Shown: positions 1-10,165, counted from the stretch's first letter. The stretch is DNA of 64,000 nt from an uncultured Holophagales bacterium (GCA_963842525.1 CAWJGT010000009.1:160001-224000), one strand, 5' to 3'. Numbers and translations are program-made. The notes: a model not told the origin generated them from the letters alone.

Positions 1-202
1 TGCTGCACGCACGCGCTGGCAAGAGATAAGGGCCGAGCTGGCCCGGGATCCGCGTCCCTTCCGCCAACTCTCTCCAGAGGAGCGGCGCGATCGGCTGCAC
101 CGGCTGCAAGGAATCGGCCGGGGTCTCCTTTCCTCGAGCGAAGAATTCGCACGCCGCAAGGCCAAAGAGATCGAGAGCGAGGAGCGGAAGTTTGCCCGCT
201 GA
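1..202 (+). CDS. 3' part of hypothetical antitoxin-like gene (paralogue of 3110-3466), runs off the window start
   Basis: Near-identical to 3266-3466; ends ...RKFAR* at TGA 200-202. Confidence 0.7.
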   Translation, partial: AARTRWQEIRAELARDPRPFRQLSPEERRDRLHRLQGIGRGLLSSSEEFARRKAKEIESEERKFAR

Positions 203-301
203 CGCCGCGGCTGGCACCAATCCGGGCCGATCTCGCGGCTTCCACCTGTCCATGATGGACAGTCGGTCCCGGTCTTTCGCTGTCCACCGGACCAGGACGG
301 A

Positions 302-660
302 CTGTCCGCCTTGATCTGGCGCCTTCCACCGGTCCGCGGTGGACGGTTACTGCCGGTTCTGGCGCCGCCACCAGACCAGGTCGGACAGTTCACGCTGAGA
401 GAGGGACAGTGCACGTCCCGGCAGGGACTGTCCGACCTGCACCGGGATCTGTCCGACCTGCTCCAGGAACAGTCCGACCTGCGGCAAAGACCGTCCGACC
501 TGCGTCAGGAACCGTCCGACCTGCGGACGAGACTGTCCGACCCGCACGGCCAACTGTCCGACCTGCGGGAGAGACCGTCCGTGCCGCAGCCCCAACTGTC
601 CATGGACCACGGCGGCGAGCGACAGGATCAGGGCGGACTGTCCGTCTTGAAGGTCAGGAT
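302..660. repeat. 21-bp tandem repeat array (core CTGTCCGACCTGC), best conserved 428-605
   Basis: C[TAC]GTCC recurs at 428, 449, 470, 491, 512, 533, 554, 575, 596, with in-phase copies at 302 and 638. Confidence 0.85.
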
Positions 661-708
661 GGGGGCCGGTCCTTGTCCGCGGCGGCGGTCGGAGGATAGG
701 CTCTCGGA

Positions 709-860
709 ACGAGGCAGCCAAGCTTCCCGAGAAGAACCAAGATGCGCTCGGTTCCTTGCTGCCCGACGAGATTGAGGTGGAGCGGCGACGGGAAGATCAG
801 ATCTCTGGAATGCCGTGGCCAGAGATCCGAGAGCGCTATCCACACCAGTGGCTGGTGCTC
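709..860 (+). repeat. Copy 1 of a triplicated segment (antitoxin fragment EAAKLPEKNQDALGSLL plus start of the next gene)
   Basis: Matches 3697-3868 and 3903-4070. Confidence 0.85.
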
Positions 861-1070
861 GAAGCCGCGGAGGCGCACTCCTCGGGAGGGCAGCGGATTC
901 TCGAGAGCCTCACCGTCCTTGAAACATGCCCGGACGGGCTCTCCGCCATGAGGAGATACGGAGAGATCCATGGTCAAGACCCTCATCGGGAGCTATACGT
1001 CCTGCACACAGATAGGGAGACCGTGGAGATCGAAGAAGTCCACTGGGCTGAAATCCGGGCGGCCTCTTGA
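810..1070 (+). CDS. Small hypothetical protein coupled to a retropepsin-like gene
   Basis: MPWPEIRERYPHQWLVLEA...; stop overlaps the next start (TTGA). Confidence 0.7.
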   Translation: MPWPEIRERYPHQWLVLEAAEAHSSGGQRILESLTVLETCPDGLSAMRRYGEIHGQDPHRELYVLHTDRETVEIEEVHWAEIRAAS

Positions 1071-1440
1071 AAATCCGGTTGGAGGATGGGCTTCCATTCG
1101 TCACGGTCAAGCTTGGCCGGGGCGCAGAGGAGCTGGTGCTGGAGCGGGTTCTCCTCGATACCGGCTCTGCCGCCACGGTGTTCGCAGTTGATGAAATCGC
1201 CACTCTGGGAATCGTCCCCGAGCCAGCAGATCGAGTCCGTCGCGTCGTCGGAATCGGCGGTATCGAGCTTGTCCTCTCCAAGCGCATCGAGAGCTTGGCG
1301 CTTGGAGACATCCAGGTGCGAGACTTCCCGATTCAGATTGGAGCAATGAAGTAAGGCTTTCCCCTTCAGGGGGTTGTTCGGCACCGACTTCTTGTCCAAG
1401 CCCGGGTTGTCCTGGATCTCGGCCTCTTCGAGGTTTACCC
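1067..1440 (+). pseudogene. Retropepsin-like (clan AA) aspartic protease with premature stop
   Basis: LLDTGSAATV catalytic motif; TAA at 1352-1354 followed by GFPLQG...GTDFL remnant of the C-terminal motif. Confidence 0.7.
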
Positions 1441-1586
1441 GAGTTCCTCCGGCCGCAGCCCCATGTGAGCGGTTGGCCTTTAGCGCGGCCGCACGACCCG
1501 AAGCTGTTCGGCTGGCACCTCCGCTGGGGTAGGATTGGAGTGCAAGTGGCAAACGGATAGCACGGCGTCGACGAGAGCCCGGCGGT

Positions 1587-1720
1587 GCGGGCGATCATGC
1601 CGCCGAACGGTCGGCACCGAGCCGGACTTCGCGGCTCGCGTAGACCAGCGCGAGGCCCATCAGGGCGAGCAAGCTCGCGGCGGCAGGCGGATGAAGAATC
1701 CCGGCAGCCAGCCGCCGAAG
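1587..1720. repeat. Chimeric duplicate of two pieces of the MFS gene
   Basis: About 1587-1687 matches 7820-7921, then jumps to a match with 8460-8495. Confidence 0.8.
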
Positions 1721-1882
1721 AGTGGGGGAACCGTCAATCCATGTCGAACGTCATCCGAAAGGATGACACAGATGCCGGCTCGCCGCAATCCGATCGACAG
1801 ATCGTGGTATTATCCAGGCATGCTGGCCGAACGTCGCTCTGTCGCTGACCCCCTCGATCGAATCGGCTCTGGAAGCACGCCG

Positions 1883-2440
1883 ATGGTCGAAGGAGTCTCC
1901 CGACGGTTGTTCACGAGCGCCGAGTACCACGCGATGACCGAGGCCGGCATCCTCTCGGAGGACGAGCGGGTGGAGCTCATCGCGGGGGAGATCGTGAGGA
2001 TGGCGCCGATCGGGAGCCGGCATGCGGGATGTGTCAAACGGCTGAACAGAAGGCTCTCGCGCCTGGGGGATCGAGCTCTGGTGTCCGTCCAGGATCCGGT
2101 GGCCCTCGGTCTGTCCGACGAGCCCGAGCCCGATCTGGCGATCCTCCGTCCTCGCGCAGACGACTATTCGCAGTCCCATCCTGCTCCAGCCGACATCCAC
2201 CTCGTCATCGAGGTGGCGGACTTCAGTCTCGCGTACGATCGCGATGTCAAGATTCCTCTATATGCCCAGGCAGGAATCCCGGAGGCGTGGCTCGTCAACC
2301 TTCCCCAGCATGTCATCGAGATCTATCGGGATCCCGCCGCCAACGGCTATCGTGAAGCCCGGGTCCTCCACCCCGGCGACCGCCTGTCCCCACAAGCTTT
2401 TCCGGATTTCGAGCTGACGGTCGAGATGATTCTGGGTTGA
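1883..2440 (+). CDS. Uma2 (DUF820) family putative endonuclease
   Basis: FTSAEYHAM..RVELIAGEIV..EPEPDLAIL..LVIEVAD..YDRDVKIPLYA motifs. Confidence 0.9.
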   Translation: MVEGVSRRLFTSAEYHAMTEAGILSEDERVELIAGEIVRMAPIGSRHAGCVKRLNRRLSRLGDRALVSVQDPVALGLSDEPEPDLAILRPRADDYSQSHPAPADIHLVIEVADFSLAYDRDVKIPLYAQAGIPEAWLVNLPQHVIEIYRDPAANGYREARVLHPGDRLSPQAFPDFELTVEMILG

Positions 2441-2444
2441 GGAA

Positions 2445-2530
2445 AGCCCCATCCGGCCGCCGGGAAGTCCAAGATCGTCCACCTTCCCGTCGCCGGTATC
2501 GTCGCGGGCCCCTTCGGCATCTTCTGGGGG
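2445..2530 (+). repeat. Dispersed junction repeat A, copy 1
   Basis: CCCATC..CCGGG.AGTCCAAGATCGTCC..TTCCCGTCGCCGG also found near 25647, 26912, 27780 and 32975. Confidence 0.7.
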
Positions 2531-2603
2531 GACGCCTGTTGGGGGGCTCTTGGGGGGCTCGCATGGGAGAGCGTCCGACCGGTTGATCTTGTAGAGTTCG
2601 CCT

Positions 2604-2990
2604 ATGACCGAGGAGCCGAGGAAGAAGCCGGCGAAGGCGAAGCCGGTCCCGACCGCTTCTGAGCCTGCCGCTCCCGAAGACAAGCACTGGGAGCTGTCCA
2701 AGGCCCAGATCCGTGAGATCGAGCGCCGCGTCCGCGACATCGACGACCCCCGGCGCTTCGTGCTCGCGAGCGAGTTCCTGCCGAGTTTCGTCCTCTACTA
2801 CGACGTGAGCAACAACGTCTACGTGATGAACCACCTCTCCGCCGCGACCGTCTTCAAGAAGAGGAAGGCCGCGGTGGCGATTAAGACCCTGCTCGGCAAA
2901 GGGGTGCGAATCGTCGAGTGCCTGAAGCTGAAGAGCGGCAAGCTGAAGCGCGTGACGCCTGTTCGAGGGCGAAAGAAGAAGCCGGCCTAG
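2604..2990 (+). CDS. Hypothetical basic protein
   Basis: 128-aa ATG ORF with high GC3 codon usage. Confidence 0.7.
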   Translation: MTEEPRKKPAKAKPVPTASEPAAPEDKHWELSKAQIREIERRVRDIDDPRRFVLASEFLPSFVLYYDVSNNVYVMNHLSAATVFKKRKAAVAIKTLLGKGVRIVECLKLKSGKLKRVTPVRGRKKKPA

Positions 2991-3109
2991 TTGGCGAATG
3001 GGTGCGCTGGCGGGGCGGCCCTGCCCCACAGGCTGCGGTGGTAGACTAGGCGCAGATTCGCCGGCCATGGACTTTCCGTCGGCGACCGGTCGATCAGGAG
3101 AAACCCGCG

Positions 3110-3466
3110 ATGGCGACACACCAGATCGAAGTGGTGATTCCGGAGGACCGGCGCCTCGTCGTCGAAGTTCCCGAGACGGTCCATGCGGGGCCCGCGACGC
3201 TGATCTTCGTTACGCCCTTCGAAGGCCCGGCGGAAGCCGAAGAGCTGCCGGAAAGCGCGAGGCGTGCTGCACGCACGCGCTGGCAAGAGATAAGGGCCGA
3301 GTTGGCCCGGGATCCGCGTCCCTTCCGCCAACTCTCTCCAGAGGAGCGGCGCGATCGGCTGCACCGGCTGCAAGGAATCGGCCGGGGTCTCCTTTCCTCG
3401 AGCGAAGAATTCGCACGCCGCAAGGCCGAAGAGATCGAGATCGAGGAGAGGAAGTTTGCCCGCTGA
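3110..3466 (+). CDS. Putative antitoxin upstream of a PIN toxin
   Basis: AGGAG RBS; overlaps the start of the PIN ORF. Confidence 0.65.
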   Translation: MATHQIEVVIPEDRRLVVEVPETVHAGPATLIFVTPFEGPAEAEELPESARRAARTRWQEIRAELARDPRPFRQLSPEERRDRLHRLQGIGRGLLSSSEEFARRKAEEIEIEERKFAR

Positions 3467-3690
3467 CGCTGTCTACGTCTTCGATGCCTGCGCTATGATT
3501 GCGCTTCTGCAAGCGGAAGCAGGAGCGGGCGTGGTGACCGACCTCCTGCAAGAGGAAAACCGATGCCTCGTGCATGCGATCAACGTCTGCGAGGTCTACT
3601 ATGACCTGTACCGCCGTGACGGCGAAGAGATCGCGAACGGCGTCAAGGAGGTCCTCGAGGGCTATGGTTTCGAGGTGGTTGAGGAAAAGG
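3456..3690 (+). pseudogene. vapC: PIN-domain (VapC-like) toxin, C-terminally truncated
   Basis: YVFDACAMIALL..AINVCEVYY; runs into the triplicated repeat at about 3690. Confidence 0.7.
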
Positions 3691-3696
3691 CCTTTG

Positions 3697-4070
3697 ACGA
3701 GGCAGCCAAGCTTCCCGAGAAGAACCAAGATGCGCTCGGTTCCTTGTTGCTCGACGAGATTGAAGTGGAGCGGCGACGGGAAGATCAGATCTCTGGAATG
3801 CCGTGGTCAGAGATCCGAGAGCGCTATCCACACCAGTGGCTGTTGCTCGAAGCCACGGAGGCGCACTCGACGACGTGCCGAAGCTTCTCCAGGAGGCCTT
3901 TGATGAGGCAGCCAAGCTTCCCGAGAAGAACCAAGATGCTCTCGGTTCCTTGTTGCTCGACGAGATTGAAGTGGAGCGACGACGGGAAGATCGAGAGCTC
4001 TGGAATGCCGTGGCCAGAGATCCGAGAGCGCTATCCACACCAGTGGCTGTTGCTCGAAGCCACGGAGGCC
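3697..4070 (+). repeat. Copies 2 and 3 of the 709-860 segment
   Basis: Direct sequence match with a few substitutions. Confidence 0.85.
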
Positions 4071-4154
4071 TCTTATGCGGCGCGTAGGAGCCCTAAAAGG
4101 CTGTTGCTCCTCGTAGCTGTAGCCGGAAGGATTTTAGCTCTGGAGGACGCGAGC

Positions 4155-5141
4155 ATGCGTCTATGTACGGTATCTCTCATACTGGCGGCGTCGTTTCTAG
4201 GATCTGCGGCCAGTGCACAATCTCCGAAGGAAAAGGCGGAGAACCTCGGTACATGCCTTTCTGGTCAATATCCGAGTCTGTGTCGGCACGAATGGCTCTC
4301 TCCCGAGGACTTGCGTCGGACGAAAGAGGCAGAGCGGCTGCAGAACCTCGAGACCTGTCTGAGTGGCCTCTATCCGAGCCTCTGCAAGCGCGACCTCCTC
4401 TCTGCCGAGGAGCGCGTGCGAGCCGACGCTGCAGAGCGTCGTGAGAACCTGAAGACCTGTCTGGCAGGCACGTATGCGAGTCTTTGTAAGCACGCTCTAC
4501 TCTCGCCAGAAGAGCGGCTGAAAGTCGCGGAAGCTGAGCGGCTAGCGAACCTCAACACCTGCCTCGCTGGGCAGTATCAATCTCTCTGTGACCATTCGAA
4601 GCTTTCTTCAGAAGAGTTGAGTCGTGTGCGCCAAGCTGAGCGGAATGCTGTTACCTCCGAGAAGCGGCAGCCAAGCAGTCAACGTCAACCCTCTCGCGCG
4701 GAGCGAGCCTGCGAGTACGGCCACTGGATCGAAACCGTTTCGGATGATGGCGAAGTCATCGTACTCGAAAACGGAAGTGTTTGGGAAGTTGATTCCATCG
4801 ACACTGTGACGTCTTCGCTTTGGCTGCCAGTTTCTTCCATTCTTATTTGTGATGGTCGGCTGATCAACACTGACGACAACGAAGTGGTTTCTGCCGAGCA
4901 GATTTCGGGTGACTCCTCGTTGGGTGGAACTGGGTCGAGACGCCGCTATGAAGTTCAGGCATCCTCCGATGACGAAACCTTCATCATTAACGGTGAGGTC
5001 TTCAAAGCTAAGACGTACTGCTTTGGCATCTCGAAAGGGGACGAAGTGGTCTTCATCGAGGGAAATGCAAATGGCGCTTGCGCCTCAGCAGCATTCGTCG
5101 TCCTTCGCAGCTCTAGAGAGTGTGCTGTGTGGTGCGAATAA
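4155..5141 (+). CDS. Secreted protein with four ~34-aa Cys-pair repeats and two small C-terminal domains
   Basis: GGAGG RBS, signal peptide, repeats NLxTCLxGxYxSLCxxxxLSxE; lower GC. Confidence 0.8.
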   Translation: MRLCTVSLILAASFLGSAASAQSPKEKAENLGTCLSGQYPSLCRHEWLSPEDLRRTKEAERLQNLETCLSGLYPSLCKRDLLSAEERVRADAAERRENLKTCLAGTYASLCKHALLSPEERLKVAEAERLANLNTCLAGQYQSLCDHSKLSSEELSRVRQAERNAVTSEKRQPSSQRQPSRAERACEYGHWIETVSDDGEVIVLENGSVWEVDSIDTVTSSLWLPVSSILICDGRLINTDDNEVVSAEQISGDSSLGGTGSRRRYEVQASSDDETFIINGEVFKAKTYCFGISKGDEVVFIEGNANGACASAAFVVLRSSRECAVWCE

Positions 5142-5174
5142 CCTCGCTGACAGGGTCGTGGCGGCCTTACGGGC

Positions 5175-5235
5175 GGCTAACATGGTCGGATGAGCGGACA
5201 TCTGAAGCCGCCGCTCACCTCCAGCAGCATTACGC
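5175..5235 (+). other. Degenerate integron attC-like site
   Basis: GGCTAAC...GGATGAGCGG/CCGCTCACC inner inverted repeat with one unpaired base...ATTACGC (degenerate GTT core); 61 bp, between two low-GC genes. Confidence 0.45.
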
Positions 5236-5257
5236 GTCCTTGGTATAGGTTGGAACA

Positions 5258-6064
5258 ATGGTAAACCGCGAGATTCCCAGCGACGATCTCATACGACTTA
5301 CAGATTCGCACTTTGCGGCCCTCCTTGCAGGCTCTATGCCCGAGGTATGGTTCACGGGTAGCGCAGCTCCCCAACATCCTTGGGGTACAATGACCTTCAT
5401 AAGGTATGGCGAACGTGTCCTCGGAATCACCTGTAACCATGTCGTTCAACATGCCGAGAATACTGAGTTCCCCGCGTTCATGCTGGCACTTGGGCGACAC
5501 ACGCCACTCACAGGTCCCTTGGTGGCGCGTTCAAACAACGACGATCCTGACTACCCTTTTGACATTGCGGTGTTCGAATTAGATGCGGACCAGCTGGAGC
5601 GAGCCGGCAAAACTCCCTTGCTACTGGACGATATATCGACCCCACTCCAAGAAGGAGAAATCGCGCTGGCTGTGGGCTTTCTGGGGTATGCTAGGTTGAA
5701 AGTTGATGAGCAGTACATGACTCACAAAACTTGCTATATTTCCGCGACATGCCACTCTTCCTCATCTCGTAAATTTATACTTTATGAACAACACCCGAAT
5801 CAGCCGCATGACTTCAGCGTCGGGGGGATGAGCGGTGGGCCAATCTTCCGGATCACCTCCTCGGAGAGCTTTTCTCTTGCCGGCATCATCTTTGAAGGCA
5901 AGGCCCGAGCTGACGCAGAGCATGGCTGTAGCATCGAGGATCTCTGGATATGGGGTTTTCCACTCAACGACAATCTGCTTCGGGATATTCTAGAGCACCG
6001 TGGCGTACCGTGTAACACGCCGACGCACCGGACACCTGGGCTCGCGCCCAGGCGCAGGAGATAA
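5258..6064 (+). CDS. Trypsin-like serine protease domain protein
   Basis: ITCNHVV (His), DIAVFEL (Asp), GGMSGGPIF (Ser) triad motifs. Confidence 0.7.
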   Translation: MVNREIPSDDLIRLTDSHFAALLAGSMPEVWFTGSAAPQHPWGTMTFIRYGERVLGITCNHVVQHAENTEFPAFMLALGRHTPLTGPLVARSNNDDPDYPFDIAVFELDADQLERAGKTPLLLDDISTPLQEGEIALAVGFLGYARLKVDEQYMTHKTCYISATCHSSSSRKFILYEQHPNQPHDFSVGGMSGGPIFRITSSESFSLAGIIFEGKARADAEHGCSIEDLWIWGFPLNDNLLRDILEHRGVPCNTPTHRTPGLAPRRRR

Positions 6065-6206
6065 GTGCCGGCGGCGCCGGCGATAAGTGCCAGCCAAGTC
6101 AAACTTCCTGCAGCGGCAATCGCAAAGTGGCAACTGGATCGAAGAGGCTCCCGACGAGTTCCTGTGCTCCCTGTTAGGGGACATCGCGCCAGAGATTTCC
6201 GCTATC

Positions 6207-6977
6207 ATGGCATTCGTCAAGGCGTACTTCGATGAGAGCGACAGGAGCAACGCTGGCGGATGCGACATCTTCGCCGTAGCTGGAGTGGTATTCACTCGCA
6301 AAGCGGTAGATAGGTTTATCTACAAGTGGCGAAAGATGCTTGGTCCCGTCAACTGCTTTCATATGGCGGATCTGGCGGCCCGGCAGGGAGAGTTTAAGGG
6401 CTTGAGTGAGGTTGAGGCGGGGACTCTACTGAAGGAAGCGGTAGCGATTTTGAACCGCTACCGCCTTGCGGTAGTCGCCTGCTCATGCAGAGTGTCAGAC
6501 TTTGAGGCGCTCAAGCGTGTTCGGTTCCGAGGATTCGACTCACCCTACGCGATCTGTGCAGAATCCTGCATGATCCAGCTCGGCAGTTGGCTCAACTCCC
6601 AAAAGAACTCACCAGAGGTGGCCTACTTCTTCGAGGCGGGCCATCGGCATGCTTCGGATGCACAGTGGCTTCTAGCTCGCATAAGCGAGCACGAAGTCAT
6701 CGAGAGAGCCTACCGTTATCGGAGCTATAAGTTCCTGAAGAAGGAAGACGCCGTTCCTTTACAGACGGCCGACCTTGTGGCCTGGGAATATGCAAAGTTC
6801 CAGGACGAGACAGCGCATCGTTCTGAGAGGAAAGCTCGCGCCTCGTATGTGGCCCTTGAGGGGGCCGACAAAGATAGTTTCCTCGTGCGCCATAGGGACA
6901 AGGCCGCTCTCCAGGAGCTGATGGACGTGATCCAGCTAGCCGCAGAAATACCGGAACCGGGTAGCTCTACGCCGTGA
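6207..6977 (+). CDS. DUF3800-family protein
   Basis: AYFDES, FAVAG, FHMADL, LQTADLVAW motifs. Confidence 0.75.
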   Translation: MAFVKAYFDESDRSNAGGCDIFAVAGVVFTRKAVDRFIYKWRKMLGPVNCFHMADLAARQGEFKGLSEVEAGTLLKEAVAILNRYRLAVVACSCRVSDFEALKRVRFRGFDSPYAICAESCMIQLGSWLNSQKNSPEVAYFFEAGHRHASDAQWLLARISEHEVIERAYRYRSYKFLKKEDAVPLQTADLVAWEYAKFQDETAHRSERKARASYVALEGADKDSFLVRHRDKAALQELMDVIQLAAEIPEPGSSTP

Positions 6978-7323
6978 GCAGGTCTCGCATCGACCACGGT
7001 TTCCGAACAAGCGGATTCCTCCCGTAGGGAGGACGGTATAGCAGGTTACCGGGGATGGGGGCGGCCCCTGGGCGGCCACACTGAATAAGGACACGACCGC
7101 CCCACGGGGGCCATTGGGTTCCCTATCTGGCACCGAGCCGAACTTCGCAGCGCACGGCGATTCGTCGTCGCGTCCCCAGATTGGGGTAGCCGGCTCGTGG
7201 TGGAGGCGAAGGAAGGAGGTCGCTGCCCCTCTCCAGAGTCGCTGGTGTCCTATATGGCCACGCTTCCGTACTTCCTCCGTACGTGCTATCCTTTAGGCTG
7301 GTAAACGCTGAATGAGGTGCATC

Positions 7324-7617
7324 ATGCCCACTGCAACGAGCCAACATGACGAACGAATCGACCTGCGGGTCTCCGCAGACGTCAAAAGCCTCCTTTCCCG
7401 GGCTGCATCCTACAGCGGGATGTCGCTCTCAAGCTTTCTCGTGTCGACCGCGGCTGACCGCGCCAAGGAAGTCGTGGCCGAGCACGAAACCCTGACGTTG
7501 ACCCCCCGCGACTGGGAGGCCTTCCTGGCAGCCCTCGACGATACCGACCGGCCTCGGCCTCGCCTCGAGGCGGCCGCGCGCCAATATCTGAGTCAACGCG
7601 AGCGCGATGCCGGTTGA
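7324..7617 (+). CDS. DUF1778 (TacA-like) antitoxin; partner GNAT toxin reduced to a stub (MPVDWRVEP at 7607)
   Basis: ERIDLRVS..K.LL.RAA..GMSLSSFLV..LTPRDWEAFLAALD. Confidence 0.85.
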   Translation: MPTATSQHDERIDLRVSADVKSLLSRAASYSGMSLSSFLVSTAADRAKEVVAEHETLTLTPRDWEAFLAALDDTDRPRPRLEAAARQYLSQRERDAG

Positions 7618-7828
7618 CTGGCGTGTCGAACCGCCGGAGATACCGGATCATCCCTTGACCCTGTGGTTGTTCCTGCCGGCACTCCGCAAGCTGTTCGAAT
7701 CAGCCTCGTCGAGCCTCTCCACAGGCCCGAATTCCCGATAGGTAGCGTACGCTGCTTCGAACGACTGCCTCACCGGCGTGCTCAGGTGCTACTCACCAGC
7801 CAGTTTGCACACCAAGAGAGGCGGGCGA

Positions 7829-9358
7829 TCACGCCGCCGAACGGGCGGCACCGAGCCGAACTTCGCGGCTCGCGTAGACCAGCGCAAGGCCCATCAGGGC
7901 GAGCAAGCTCGCGGCGGCAGCGCCACCGGCGGCAGCGGCGACGGAGCTTTTCGTCACCGACAGGATGTAGCTCCAGTTCGCGAAAACGAGCGCGGCGAGC
8001 GCGGCGCCCACGGCCATGAGCCCCAGCCCCATCGCGAGAAGCGCGGGGCTTTGCGCTGTCCGGAGGCCCTTGTCGAGGTCGATCTGCGTGATGTTCTTTC
8101 CCACCAGAGCGCGAATCGCGATCCAGGCGAGGGGATGCATGACACCGGCGAAGATGAAGAGCGGCTTGAAGCTCCCGAGCCACTGCAACATTCCGCCCGC
8201 GACGAGCAGCATGAGCATGCCGCCGATGCCGCCGCACATGCCGCCGAACCCGACGACCGAGCCGACGGCTCGATTCGGAAAAGCGTCGGACGCCACCGTG
8301 AACATGTTGGCGGACCACGCCTGATGACACGAGGTGGCGATGCTGATGAAGGCCACGGCCGTCCACAGATCGTCCGCCATCACGCCGAACGCCGAGATCG
8401 GGAGCCCGGCCGCGAAGAGCACCATCGTGGCGAGGCGGGCGCGCGTCGCGGACCAACCGCGGCGGATGAAGAATGCCGGCAGCCAGCCGCCGAAGATGCT
8501 GCCGAGATCGGCGGCGAGGTAGATGACGAGCAGCGCCCCGGCGGCCGAGGCGAGCGTCACGCCGCGCTCGCGCTGCAGGTACGACGGCAGCCACGTGAGG
8601 TAGAACCACCACACCGGATCGGTGAGCATCTTGCCGATGCAAAACGCCCACGCCTCGCGGTAGCGGAGCAGCGACTGCCAGGGAACGTAGAGCGCCTTCG
8701 CGGGCGGCTCCTGATCGCTGCGGATGAGCTGCGCCTCTTCGGCCGACAGGCGCGGATGCTCCTCGGGCGACCGGTACCCCTTCATCCACGCCGCGAGCCA
8801 GACGAAGCCGAGCAGGCCGATCGCGATGAACGTCGCCTGCCAGCCCCACGACACGGCGAGCCACATCATCGCGCCCTGCAACATGGCGCCAAAGTTCGTG
8901 CCGGTGTTGAAGATGCCCGTGGCGAGCGAGCGCTGCCGCTTCGGGAACCATTCGGCGACGGCCTTGACGCAAGCGGGGAAGTTGGTCGCCTCGCCCAGGC
9001 CCAGGAGGAACCGCGCGAGCGCGAAGCCGAGGACGGTCGTCGCAAAGGAATGAGCCATCGCCGCGAGGCTCCACACGAGCACGCCGATCGCGAGGCCGTT
9101 GCGCACGCCGACGCGGTCGAGGAGGCGTCCCGCGAACGGAAACATGGCGGCATACGAAAGCTGAAACGCGAAGTTGATCCACCCGAACTCCGCGTCGTCC
9201 CAGCCGATGGCGTCCTTGAGCAACGGCGCCATCGCGCCGAGCGAAACGCGGTCGACGTAGTTGATGAACGTGACGAAGAAGAGAAGCGCGCAGATGTACC
9301 AGCGGAGGCCACGGATCTTCGAAACGGCCTTGGTGGCGACGGCGACGGTCTCAGTCAT
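7829..9358 (-). CDS. exuT: MFS hexuronate transporter (ExuT-like)
   Basis: LRWYICALLFFVTFINYVDR, GLGEATNFPAC, DPVWWFYLTWLP. Confidence 0.9.
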   Translation of the reverse strand: MTETVAVATKAVSKIRGLRWYICALLFFVTFINYVDRVSLGAMAPLLKDAIGWDDAEFGWINFAFQLSYAAMFPFAGRLLDRVGVRNGLAIGVLVWSLAAMAHSFATTVLGFALARFLLGLGEATNFPACVKAVAEWFPKRQRSLATGIFNTGTNFGAMLQGAMMWLAVSWGWQATFIAIGLLGFVWLAAWMKGYRSPEEHPRLSAEEAQLIRSDQEPPAKALYVPWQSLLRYREAWAFCIGKMLTDPVWWFYLTWLPSYLQRERGVTLASAAGALLVIYLAADLGSIFGGWLPAFFIRRGWSATRARLATMVLFAAGLPISAFGVMADDLWTAVAFISIATSCHQAWSANMFTVASDAFPNRAVGSVVGFGGMCGGIGGMLMLLVAGGMLQWLGSFKPLFIFAGVMHPLAWIAIRALVGKNITQIDLDKGLRTAQSPALLAMGLGLMAVGAALAALVFANWSYILSVTKSSVAAAAGGAAAASLLALMGLALVYASREVRLGAARSAA

Positions 9359-9387
9359 GGCGTCCGAGCTCCTTGAGGCTGCGCTCC

Positions 9388-10165
9388 CTACTGGTTCACT
9401 CCGCTGGCGAGGAAGCCGCCGTCGACGACGAGCACCTCGCCATTGACGAAGCTGGCGGCTTCCGAAGCGAGGAACACGGCAGCTCCGGCGAGCTCTTCGA
9501 CGCGGCCGAAGCGTCCGAGGGGGGTGCGGAGCTTGAACTCATGGCCACGTTCGGTGCCATCGAGCAGGTCCTGGTTGAGCGGCGTGCGGAAGACTCCCGG
9601 CGCGATGGCGTTGACCAGCACGCCTCTGGGTCCCCACTCGACGGCGAGCGCCTTGGTCAGCGCCGCCACGCCAGCCTTGCTCGCGGCGTACGCGGCGACC
9701 TCGTAGAGGCCGACGAACGATGCCAGCGAGGCGATGTTGACGATACGGCCGTAGCCGCGCTCGAGCATGTGGGCGCCGAAGACCTGGCAGGCGCGAAGCG
9801 TGCCGGTCAGGTTGGTGTCGAGGATGCCCTGCCACTCGGCGTCGTCGACTTCGAGCGTCGGGCGGCGGCGGCGTCCGTCCGGCGCAGTTGATCAGGATGT
9901 CGATCTTGCCAAAGGCCTCGATCGCGGCCTCGCGGAGCGCTTCCAGGGAGCCGCGGTCGGTGACGTCGCTGGCGAGCCGCAAGGTCCTCTTGCCGTGGCG
10001 TTCGATCGCGAGGGCCGTGGCGTCGACCTCCGCCTGCCGTCGCGAGCTGGCGGCGACATCGGCTCCTGCTTCCACCAGACCGTCGACCAGGGCACGTCCG
10101 ATGCCGGAGGTGCCGCCGAGGACGATCGCGATGCGTCCCGTGAGGTCGAATCCTGCGAACGCCAT
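9388..10165 (-). CDS. SDR family oxidoreductase (gluconate 5-dehydrogenase-like), frameshift near 9865
   Basis: GGTSGIG, YAASK, NAIAPG, VDGG motifs split over two frames. Confidence 0.85.

Noticed and set aside
3456-5141. 561-aa PIN toxin fused to a Cys-repeat protein
   Set aside because: The frame runs through duplicated fragments; the secreted protein has its own RBS, ATG (4155) and signal peptide.
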